Shown one piece after another: positions 1 to 12,400 of a DNA stretch of 48,880 nucleotides. Location: NCBI GenBank assembly GCA_964200185.2, contig CAXNAD020000011.1:1-48880 (forward strand), read 5' to 3'. Made by a program: the position numbers and the translations under genes. The notes beneath the pieces were generated by a model. It was given only the letters and a program-made list of their open reading frames with translations. It was not told where the DNA came from and ran no database searches. This DNA is from Choristocarpus tenellus KU-1152. Taxonomy: Eukaryota > Protista > Phaeophyceae. Each line of letters begins with the position of its first letter. Positions within the stretch are counted from its first letter, which is position 1.

Positions 1-70
1 CCAAAAATCATGACATGAAAAAATTGATCCCAAATGGACAGCCGCCACCCCCCCCCAGATACTTTGAGTC
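1..70. mobile_element. MITE family 2 end, inverted, cut by window edge
   Basis: CAAATGGACAGCCGCCACCCCCCCCCAGATACTTTGAGTC is the reverse complement of the family 2 left end. Confidence 0.82.
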
Positions 71-132
71 AGGAAGCAGTCAAGGTTCAGAGATGAAATC
101 ACTACACCCATCGCCTTGTAATTGCCACTCAC

Positions 133-470
133 TCTTCTAAGTAACTAGGTTCCATGGTGCCTTGATCACTTGGGTCTAGTTCACTCAAGAGCGACAAATG
201 GACAGCCAGTGTTGCTTCTTCCACATTCCAACCAGTTAGCTTGCACAGTGCCTCCCTGTCTTCATCGACTCGACTTGAGAACATCTTTACCACACCAGGA
301 CCTGTAGGCTGTAGGGTGATGAAGGAGTTATTGAGGATACTTCTGGCCTCAGCTGCCCACCCATGACCACCTGCAGCAGCACCAGCAGTACCCGCCAGGT
401 GAAAAACAAGGCGTGTGATGGCCACCTGCACTGCAGACATGCCCCTTGTCTTTACGGGGACATGCTCCTT
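133..470 (-). CDS. RNF213: RNF213-like exon after the RZ finger (RGMSAVQVAITRLVFH)
   Basis: R.L/M.......R...H motif; GTGAGT donor suggests the gene continues beyond position 1. Confidence 0.82.
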
Positions 471-3400
471 CTACACCATGTTAGAAATAAAAAAAGCGAC
501 GAAAGAGTTGTTAGTGAGCTATGCGGTGCTTTCTACTGTTCACTCTCTACATTCTGATATCGTACAAATAGCCTAGGAGCAGATAGGCAGATCCACTATC
601 AAGTTGATGCAGTTGTAGAAAAAATCATTCCCTGTAACAAGTAGTGTCATTGGTTTATAGAGAGTAGAGTTTTGCGCACCTCACAAGGGAATCTGAGGCA
701 GTACCCTTCTGCAATTATAGGCGTCACATTGACAGAATCAGGTTGGTCCACGGCGTGACGGATTCCTCCAAGAGTTTTCCCACATTCGCAGGTCTGAATA
801 CATGCGCGAGGAAATGTATGAGAGGAATAGTGGACAAGGAGTGGAGGTCAGGTTACTATTTAAATTACAGGCTGGCTAGCAATTAAAGCAAAATGACCAG
901 AGGACACTAGCTTCTTGGGAGGCAAATTTGGGGGAATCAATTTTCCCTGCAATGACGACTATCAGGTTGAGAGGGACATGAGATAGAAGTGGGCATCCGG
1001 GGAGGCAAGCCAAGGAGTCATGGCGTGTGTGATATGGTCTTCATTCAACATTTTTTACCCGAAGGGGTGTAGCCTCACCCGCCTCTCCATCGGTTTTCCA
1101 CATTCGCCAATTGCGTAGATTAGACCACAGGCGCATTGGTATGGTGTCCCCACACCTCTCACCTGCTCAAGGTCTAGATTTTTCTCCATAGTCGGAAGAT
1201 ATGCTATCATGTGGTCCGACAGAATGCAGTGACGAGACATTTCGAAGAAGAACACAATGAGTTCAGATGTCTCGTTAATCTTTCAGCAAAGAAGACCTAG
1301 CAGGGACAAAAGTGGAGGTACTTGAAGAGATCATAGAACTAGTACTACGAGTCAACATAACAATTGCAGTGAATGTCATCTCCTAAGAAGGTCGTGGAAC
1401 AGGGTACTTCCTTAGAGTAGTATTGACGAATCTACCCGTTTTTCCGATTTATTCGTCGCTTCTGTTACTATACTCCAAATAATTTCAAAAGGACTAGAAG
1501 TACATGTAATTTGCACGTAAAGAGTCTACATTGCAAAAATTATGCCATTACCACACAACGCTCCACCACCATAGTACCTGCAGTGGGCATAACATCTTCG
1601 AAGTAGTACCCAACTCAGTACTTTGTACTACTTTCCTACTCTGTCCAATCATTTTTGCACTTGCACTGGTGTGTTAGCACCTCATCTTTTGCACACATTC
1701 ATACCTCCATGAAGGGCTGCAGGTGATGTAACAAGCTGCTCGAAAAACTTGAGAGGACTTGATGGATGAGCGGCAAGAGCTGCAGCCACGACATGCACAG
1801 CGAGTCTCGCTATTACAATCTGCAATAGCGAGCTATCCCGACCAAGTCTCAATTTCTTCCAAGCCTGCATAGCCTCAGCAGTATCTCTGCTTTCATCACT
1901 CTTTTTGCCCTGACTACCATCAGTAGCAGCACCAGACCTTCCAAAGGAATGTGATAGATACCTGCCAAAGATGTTCCTCTTTTCACCATCATCTCTACTG
2001 CTGTCATCACCCACCATGATCCCGGAAAAGACAACAAGTAAGCGGCGCTCTACAAGAGAGAGAAATGATAGGGAGGGGGAATCATGCAGCCAAGATGCAA
2101 GGATCTCAGCTCTTGCCCCCAGATCATGAAGCCCAATATGGCCCATGCCCTCGCCGAATTCTGAGTTAACCTGCAATAGGTGATACGTAGATGGTGAGAG
2201 GGTCAGATTGCAATGTTACACCTCTTCGTTATCTCTCTCGCATCTCTCTCTCTCTGTATATCCCTACCTGTGACTTCATTCTTGCCTTCCGTTACCAAAA
2301 ACACTAAGCCATCCACCCAAGCGATTTCAAGGAAGAGGTCAAATCAGAATTACAACGTAGAATTTACTGTTTTTGCACTCAACTCACCCCCACACAAGAA
2401 CCTTAAAGAGAACATGCCCCGATTCCTTTCAGCGCGCACAAATTACCATTTCAAAAGATGCATCGCAGTCAAATCATTCTAACTCATGCTTTCTATTCAT
2501 CCTTAGAATAAAATTGTGCGATAGGGTACATGTATGAGCATAATGTTACACATAATGCTTGTGTAAGATCCCTTTACCTGCATAAGGTTTATCTCATGGA
2601 AGAGTCCAGTTAGTAGTCCCCCTTTGAAGGCTCCAAATCCTGGTACCAAAGGTCGGGCACCATACAATAGGAAGAGGGGCAGGTAATCAATTTGTTCTTA
2701 CCACAGATATCAAGATAAAAAGTGGCATGGACCATGCATCGATATGTTCTGGAACTTCACTCCAGTGTGACCCCAAAGGCTTACAAATAAGCAAATTTCA
2801 GAAACGTAAGTATGATGAGCAACAAACAAGGTCAAAAATGTTTGGCAGCAGAGAATTACGGATGAGGAGGTACAAGCCAGAGATACACAGTGCCTCACCC
2901 TCTCCTTACACTATATTTGCCCATATTCCAATGGATAGTAAAAGTAACCCATCTCGTGCCAACCAAACAGAAGGAAAAGAAACAGCTTTACAAGGCAAAG
3001 GGGGTCACGATGGAGTTGTTCTTGTATGTCGTACAGAGTAGGATTGTAGTGTACACAGTAGTTTGTACGGCACTTTTCGTCGACTATGATGTAGGATTAT
3101 TACTAAAGTTCACTCCACGTAAGAGGGAAATATTAAACGAAGCACAGCAATGACACCACAATGGGGATGGTTGACAGCACAAGGTATTGCCGAAAGATAC
3201 TGAAGGATGTCGTTCAATGCAGCATTGAGTTTTGTTCATACAGAATTTCCTCGAGGTAATAATGTATACGTAGGACACACACTTCAAGGCAATTTTGCGT
3301 CCCAAGCTTTGGTTGGATCAGGTCATGGAGGAAGTTAGTTGCTTTGAAGTACCTATTCTATTTGAACAAACGGTCTAACCTTCCTTCCCAATTGCAACAC

Positions 3401-6400
3401 TCAATGGTAGAAAATACCCTTCTCATTTTTCCTAGTTCGGTTAGCCTCTGATACTAATACTCAGCAACTGATCATCCCTGTACTTCCAGGTACTCTGTAC
3501 TTGACCAAATGCTTTGAATATGACCAATGGACAGAAGAATACCATCTGCCAAGTTCCAATGCTTCACTCCTCACCATCGAGCCTTGCGGTAGAGGCCACC
3601 TCCAGCAGTCTCGCTTCCAGCTCCTGCAAGTCTCCTGAGGCCATGTATCTTCTGAAGGCCATACGACACTCCTGAAAGAATGGGACTCTTTCGAGGGGAT
3701 TTATCTGGAAACACATGGCAGGGAGAAATGGATAAAATATTTGGTGCAAGAGTCCACTTGTGACGTCAGTGGCACATCCACAACAAAGACAAAAGCACAA
3801 GCGTGCGGGTTTTTGCTTATTAGCTTAATACGAGCCGAAAACTGTCATACGAGGCCATCCCACCTTAAACTTACTTGGAAGTGGTGAGAAAGGTGAGGAT
3901 AATACTAGATGTCGCATACCATTCAATCCCTATGAACACCCAGTTGACTGCCTACATGCTGTGAGCACCCCGTCTTTCCTTAATTCATCACAAATACTCT
4001 GACCGATATAGTGCATTCTTGGGCTCATCATTATGGTCACTGCATTAAGTATGAAACAAGATAGATTGTGATAATCCTTTCAAACAATACACACTGTATC
4101 ATTGTATATATGGAGTAGAATCCTACCACCAGCTGTCCAATAATCACACCTGAATAATACGCATTCTACCTCTAATTGGACAATACGCCAAGATTGGACA
4201 AAAAATAATGTATATGCATCTTTGCTCCCCTCTGAGACATCTGATACACTGACTACACCTCCAGATTTGACTACGTTCTTCATTCAAGAGAAGTATAGAA
4301 GTATAAACTACCCATCTGTAAGCCGTTCGCAAGTTCATCTACCCTCATAAATGTTTACGCGTCAACCGTTATCGCAATTTTTTTTAAATCTTCATCTGTC
4401 AACCGCAACAAGGACCATACAGGGTAATTTTCAGTTCGAGAAAAATACCAATTTACATTTATTTGTCACAATACTAGAACAATTTCTTTACCATTTTGGA
4501 TCTTAATATAGAGAAATATGTGCTGTTGGGCAATCTTGATGTATAGTGGATGGTACAACAGATTTCCGACGCTGCTTCAAGGTGTTCCCTTGTGCTCAAG
4601 ATAATCTAGGATGCTAACGAGCCAGTGCAGACATGATTAGGGATTTCTATATTCCATTTTTTCTATAATTTTTTAATACAAAATTTGAATTCTCCACCCA
4701 TTACAGAAATACAAGCACATCGAATGGTGATGACATCACATATTAGGACAATTTTTTTTTTTCCCCCGTTACTAATTCGTGACATCCAACAAGTTTGTTA
4801 CTCTGCAATAGCATTCATACCTGGGGCAGGCGGTTACTTCCAACGAAAGTTGCGATCCGAGGGTCATCATAGACTACCCACTGGTATTGGTTCAGGGGTG
4901 GGCAACGAAGAGCATTCCGGAGCATCTCTATACCACCCTCTGGTCGCAACGCAAGTTGCCGGAACAGAAACATTCGGAGGTGCGCCGTGTTTTTCATTCG
5001 TGACCCTTCAGCTTCTTTCCCATCCTTTTCGGATCTAACTGTGGCATTGTGCAGTTCTAAAGCGTAAGTCAGGAAGTCCAGTAGCCTTGCAGCCTTGGAT
5101 TGATTGATGCGGCTAGTGTTGCCACCTGAGGCAGAGGCAACAGTCACATATTTTACATTTTACTTGTAGGAAAGTGCCCAATATTGTCAAGTGGATGGTT
5201 TGATCATTAGCACTACAGGTACTACTCCTCAAAATATGGGCATGAGGGGTACATCTGAAAAGTGTACTCCCATACTGACATTGGCGCAATGCAACATTCT
5301 CTTCACTTTTCAACATTAATTCCTGGTTACTAGGTCCTCAACACTTACATGTCTATTTCACAATCAAAAGTAATGCGGATAACATAGATATTAACCACCC
5401 TTTTCTACAGCATCGAATCACAAACCAACATGAGACAAGGAGAAAATGTTCACTGCATTGTGTACCTTCCAATGATGTTCGGAGCAAGATTTCTGCTGCT
5501 GCACATGCTGCCTTGCGCATGCACGCTATAGTCAATAACTCTTCTTCCAACGTCATGGACATATTGTCCTCGCCCATATACTCCTTGGCTGGAGTGCTGG
5601 CTCCAACGGGAAGCCAGAAACTGGAGCGCTGAGAGGGTGATTGGTGTGGTGTTATCTCGAGTGTATGAAGAGGACCACTTCCCCTGAGCGAACATTCCTT
5701 GGGGGAATTATCATTCTTTGACCTAACCTGCGGAACTCATTTTGAGGTTGGACGCTACATCAATGTTGTTTACACTCAGAAAACAGTATGGAAGGTTATT
5801 CGATTGTTGATACATTGAATCGCAAGATACGAACCAAAATATGGAAAATGAAGTTTCAACAAAATGTGCCAGAATATATTGAATTTATTGTGGAGGTCAC
5901 TATGTATAAAAAGATAAGAATATTCAAATAAAACGTTAACCACAGTTTCAACTATCAAAAAAGTATATTTTCCATGCAAATGTCCAGATTCTACGGAAAA
6001 ACTTGAATATATATATATATTTCTTCCATCGTATTTCACACTCTAATCTATTGCAATCACCTTCTCCTGTTCCATACTATCCTCAGCAGCAGCCACAAAG
6101 CGGAAAGCCAGTCGTGTGTGACGCGAGTCATCTGCCTGCGTGAATTCCTTCAGGAGAGCAGACCGGATTTCATTATGTAAGTCTGCACTCTGGACTCCCC
6201 TGATCCACGAGAGAATGCGGATGCATGCTGGATCTCGTGGCATTACAATTTCCAAGTGCTTCGAAGCGATAAACAACTCCTGCCCGCCACCACTGACTTC
6301 ACTATGGGCAACGAGGTTCTCCAACAACGACTTACAGTCTCCAGCAAGAGTCATGATCAGTACTGTCGATATATCTCCCATAGGGGAAGAAATCGGTACC

Positions 6401-9400
6401 TTGGAAGGGAGAGTAGATAATGACGAGGTGCGAACACCTGGACCTCCAACTCTGCTACTGCGCTGGCAACGGTCATCACTGATTCCAGCTCTGTTGCACT
6501 CACTCTGCCCACTCCCTCTTCCCCTGGAATAAGCAGTGACTGTTTCTCGTCCATCACCCATTACTACACTAAACAAATAGCCCTCCAGATATTGTGGCAG
6601 GACATCTTGTGGATGAGTCAAAATCGTTGAGGAAGAGGAGAAACTCAAATCTCCACCATTTCGATTATCAGATCGATCCGAAATCAAACCTCCTGACATA
6701 TCCCTTGCTAGATAAGCAGCGATTGGAGTTGCTCCATCAATACAGGTGTCCTTAGTTGAGCTAACTGCTGTCTCATCCGGAATTCCCATCTGTCGAGCAA
6801 CCACTGCGAGCATAAGGATGATCCTATTTAAGAAAACTGCAGATCGTACTGGTCCTGGTGATGTTCTCAACACATGAAGTGCTTCCAGAGTGACTGCATG
6901 GGAGAGGTGAAGTGGAGATGCCATATCTCTAACCAAATCCCTCATCAGCCGCAACCTCATCCAACTCTCCTGTAGAGTATTGAGACTCTGCTCCATCATA
7001 CCGTCCTTAACAAATTCAGGGTTTCCCTCTGCCCCTGAGTCATTTTTTCCACCTCCATCTTCTCCTGTATGTTCGCTCGCAATATTGGAGATTCCATTTT
7101 CACACCCTTGTCCACAAGTTTCAGTACTACCTCTGCTTAAAGGGTACACAATAGTAAGTAGAGCCTGGGTGGCGATATCGGCCTCATCCACCCACCTTAG
7201 CCACATTCCGTAATCTACACCCTCGCCCATGCCCATCTCTTCCTGTCCTTCCCCACACACAGTGTTCCTTGTGATACTTTGTGAATTGAAGTCCATGAGC
7301 GCATCTACGACCACACATGCCACTTTAACGTGGACGCTACCATCAACAGCATAAGAAGACTGTTTAGCTTCACCTGCTAATATTTCCTGGAGACGGGTCT
7401 TGAGTACTCTTGTAACGGGACTGAAGGTAGTTGGCCCAGCTGCATCCAGTAGTTTGAAGTAAAGGCGTGCTGATTGTTCAACCTGCCAGAATCGGTGGTG
7501 AACTGCAGCCAGGTTTGATGTTTGTGGAGACATTACACCTACAACAGAAGTGTCTGTTTCTTTATCACCTCCCGCTACAGCCCTTGCCTCTTGCTTTACT
7601 GATGAAACTCCAGTGCACCCCTCAAGGTCGAGTAGGAGAAGAAGGAGACTTGCCTGGTCACTACGTGTCATGTCCCGTACTGAGGGTAGCATCATGCATG
7701 TAAAGTCATAAACGTAACGTTCCAACAAGCTCTCAACCTCACCCCAGCTCGCCATTGATGCTGTGGGTATGCCCAGTTTACCAGCCTGAGACACGGCACA
7801 ATTATCAGCATGAACCATTACACTACTACGTAATTTAGAAGGGCTGCGTAGGTCACCATGAATACTCTTGCAGAGTCCCAGAAGGGCAAACTCACGCCTC
7901 AAAGCCTCTTCCCTATCGGCATTCGAGTCTTCCAATAAAATCTCGCCCTCTAAATGTTGGTGATTGCCTATGTCCTGGGCTTCACCATGTCTATAACTTG
8001 CCTCCCCTCCAACCCCAGCCACCCCTCCTCGGTTACGCCTCAGGCCCTCCAGTAGGCGGAACACAAAAAAGCTGAATGGGAATCTACAGCACAGAGATGG
8101 GTCGCCAGGACTAAGGGTGGTGTCCAGAACAACAATCCTCTCTGCACCTTGCACGATGAGAGATCCAGTGGAATGAGATGAGGTGGCAGGCACTGCAACA
8201 GTTGACTGAAACCCCATTCTATGGAAGGAAGCCTGTGGTGATGATCAATATCAAGCAAGGCAGGAGCGACATTTGTGTCATTAGCAATGGACAATATTTC
8301 TTCACAGAATCATTTCAAAATGAAGCAGAATTCTGACACTTCCTCGCTGTGAGTGAGTTGACTTCAGAAAGTAATGACTTGGACATGAAAGGAAATTCAG
8401 CACACCAGGAGGCTATAATTATGGTTGTGTCATATCATATTGTGAACTACTGAGATACCTCTTCAACATCAAATATTCTTCCATAACAAAAACACAAACT
8501 CAGTGAACTCTGAAAGTCAACATTTAAACCTCTTTCACACAATCCCAAAGAGCGAAAGACCAATAAAATCGTCTTGACACCAGAGCTCAACCCTCTCTCT
8601 CTTCTGGAACTATTTGAGCCTCAAACAACATCAGTACAATGTAACCTGGAACAGATCTATCCAGAGATCACGCAAGCCTTCCTCCTTCAGGAGGGAAAGT
8701 CCGGAATTGCGATCCATATGTGATAGAACGATGGAAAAGGCTCTAGTCACTGATCCCAATACCTGTAAAACAAGAAGCGGTCAAATGCAGAGCATTCATC
8801 ATACAGTCAATGGGTTTTCTAGTTGAAAGCAGAGCATATGTGAGTTATGGAGTGAAAGTATCTAAGAGGGTAAGAGTTATGCCCTGTTTGTCTATTTGGG
8901 CCTTGCCACGGGTTTTTATGACATTATCCTACTCCGAAATGTTTAGGAGTGGGTAAAATGTTTATGTTATGAAAAGGTGTGTCCGGAACAAGGATATTAA
9001 CACTTCCTAACAAACAAGATGGGCAAAATTACATAAAAATCACAACATTGGATTTTGGTCCCCAAATGGACGTGGCTCTACCCTCTAAGATACTTTGACT
9101 CATGAGATACTCTGCTGGACAACAGTTTATATTCAGCAGACTATACAACGATGTGCTGGATGACGATTTGCAGATAGAAATACAGATATTTTCATGATTA
9201 CTATATAGACCAGATCGTATCTAAAATAATGAGTAAAAGATTAATTTAATTTATCATGTTCAGATTCAGCAGGGCTTTGCTTGACCCCAAGCTTGAGTCA
9301 ATCACAACAGAACAAAACTTGAAATTCACTACTACAGCTTGACCTGCCAAAATCTAATTATCCCATTTTATCTCCCTGGTCTTCCCTCTTAGCCCGGCTC

Positions 9401-12400
9401 TTAGCTCCTTCTTCCAACTTTATCATAATAATTTGTTCAGATCTAGCCATGTCTCTAACATTGCACATGGTCCCTTTTCTTTGCCAGTCCCTCTACCTCT
9501 TTACCAAAATTGTGTGTGTCCGTTTCTCACCGAGGCACGAATGGCCCTTTGAAAAGTCCTCCCCAATCGAAGTAGCCTGTCACCAGATGCTGCCTGTGCA
9601 ACATCAACCTTCTCTCCCCTCCCTCGCAACCACTCTCCTTGTTCTTGACCGTCCCGATCTTTCACTTTTTCCTTCTCTTCCAACTCTAACATATCCTTCT
9701 TGTCCTCCTCTGCTGTATATCGCTCAACCATGGGAGTTGCCACTTCTCGTGTGGAGTACCCTTCCTCTCCGTTGGATAAACTACATACAACCGCCTTCCA
9801 AGCAGCAGCGACAAAGTCTGAAGGGGCAGAGTGAACCTTTGTGTCGGCACTATTACTGCTCCCATTTCTGCAACATGCATCCACGAGTAGACATATTTGA
9901 TCTCGCACCTGCCAAAATATACAAGTTCAACGTCAGCCCAAATCCACTTGTAGACGTCAGGAACATACTTGGACAAAGTGACCTTTGAAGCATTTCTAAA
10001 TCTCTTAAAAACAACCAAGACAAATCTGATCCTGTACAACAACATGGTACCTGTGCCAGTGTCGCCAGAGTGAAAGTATCTAAGAGGGTACGAATTTTGC
10101 CCTGTTTGTCCATTTTGGACTTGGCTTCCCACAGGTGTTTTGTGACATTTTCCTACTCCGATATGTTTCGGAGTAGGTAAAATTTGCACGTTATGAAAAG
10201 GTGTGTCCGGAACAAGGATATTGACACTTCCTCAAAAACATGATAGTCAAAATTACATCCAAATCAGAACATTGGAATTTGACCCCGAAATGGACGCGGC
10301 TCTACCCTCTAAGATACTTTGGCTCGCCATACAGTTAAGTATTTTCTGCAAGAAACTAGTTCATGGTGAAAAGGTAGGCACAAGATTAACCCGGTGTTAT
10401 GATACAGGTTATTGTTCAATTTAGTATCTGTGCATAACAGTAACATGCTCTCTCATATTCCCTCAACATGCTAGATTGGTTGTACAAATCTAGAAGAATA
10501 CCTCTACATTATAAGGAAGCACTGTTGAGGTTGAATATATTGGTGTGTAGACATAAAAAATAGGAAACATTGTCAAAACGGAAAGGCATGTGAGCCAAAG
10601 CAATTCATAGTGATGGGAATTTCATCCTGTTTGCACATTCGGGGCTTGGCTTCCCCCATTTTTTTTATGCCCTTTTTTGGTTTTCTCTGTGAACATAACG
10701 GATTTCAGAGTAGGTAAAATGTATAGGACTATGAAAGGTGTGTCTGGAGCAAGTATATTGATATTTCTTGACAAATATGATAGCCAAAATCCATCAAAAT
10801 CGCAACATTGGATTTATTACCCGGAACAGACTCAAACCTACCCTCTTAAATCCTTTTGATCTTTCACAGATTCAGGTGTTGGTTTTTGCAAGATGCCAAA
10901 TTTATTTGTAGTTTCAAAAGGTCGTGGAAGGATGAAAGAGGAAGAGACAGGTGGTGCACAGGTCCAGTTTTCATAGTGGATAGCGGTCAAGCTACATACC
11001 AGATTGACACTGCGAAACCTGCCCTCACAGAAGTCTAGCCTAGCCAAGGAAGACCTCACAGTGTGCAACAACACCTGCGCAAAAATGAGGTTGGGATGAA
11101 GGAGATACGATGTAGTATCAGGAAACAGAAGCATATCTTAGTCCGCCATTGATGCTGAAGGTAGTACGTTCAGGTGACTCAAAGTATCCGAGGGGGGGTA
11201 GCGGCTGTCCATTCAGGACCTATTTTTACATATTGGAACTTTTGGGTGATTTGACTGCATGCATCGAATGGACACCCTGGTGTAGACCCCTACCCCCAGA
11301 TGCTTTGAGGCGGGTGCAATATTGATACAGAATGTCCCTCACCACACAGTAAACACTAATAGCAATAAAACGATGTTGGAATTGTCTGTCGTCATGATCG
11401 CTATTTTGGCAGGATAATGAAAAACGAACACAACCTCCACAATTAAGACATGCGGATAACTCAACACAAAAGAAAACATTCAGGAATTACCAAACTTTCA
11501 CTCTTTATAGGGGGGGGGGTGTTAAAGTACTAACGGACTGACCAGAGGTCTACGAATCATTTGAAGGTAGGGGAAAGAAGCTAGATGGAAAGGGAATATG
11601 TTCCAAGCTTGACTAAAAAGTATGTTAGCAATACTTCACAAGTTAGTCTAGGAGTGTCTCCATGAATACCAAGGTTATATGCTTTTAGCATCAGTTCCGT
11701 TTCTTGTCTGTCTGCGACAACAACACTGCAACATGGTATTCAGGGTACAGAAAAAGAATTAACATCCACGTTAATCCTTACAAGTCACATCGACCTCATG
11801 GCTGAAAGGTTAGCCATGCCGTAGGGTTTGTCCAACAATGTCACGGCAACTATTGTCCAAATGAAGCAAAGCAACATATTGCGCACAAGACAGCTTACCT
11901 TCACTGGATCAAGACCAGTCACCACATCCTGCACGCTCATGCCCACAGCCTCGACAGCATTTGGTAGACCATCTTGTCCAACAATGCCAAACTTCCCCAA
12001 TTCCCCACACTTCCCCTCCACCCCATCCCCCACACTGTCCACAAAGGCAAAACCCCAACGTGTGTCAAAACTCATGCAGAAAGCATCATCACCCCTAATC
12101 AAATGCAGGAGAAGGATGACATGGATACCACGACCAGCACCTTCAGCTGCAACAGAGGTATGTCGGCGACTCTGAACAAGAACAGCACTATTTTTATCAA
12201 GAGCATAAAAAAAGGCATTTGAGGTAAGGGGAAGCTTAATGTCAGGAAGCTCTCTCAGGTGCATCACTGTTTAGCAACTTCTTATCATACACCATACACC
12301 GTATTCAGAGCACTTATGTCATACAATATGATCGACGAAATTGCATGCCCCCATTTGTGTCGCCAATAAAACAGACATACCGTGCATTTTCTACTATGAA

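Noticed and set aside
6140-7703. Plus-strand ORFs overlapping large exons (also 11828, 27835, 38740 and 44494-45752)
   Set aside because: Antisense shadows of the minus-strand coding exons, with no independent motifs.
9686-10424. Recurrent short ORFs with GQTGQNSYPLRYFH or MSGTRILTLP peptides (also near 13079-13583, 17615 and 24464-24928)
   Set aside because: They are chance translations of MITE family 1 copies, with frames varying between copies and no transposase motifs.
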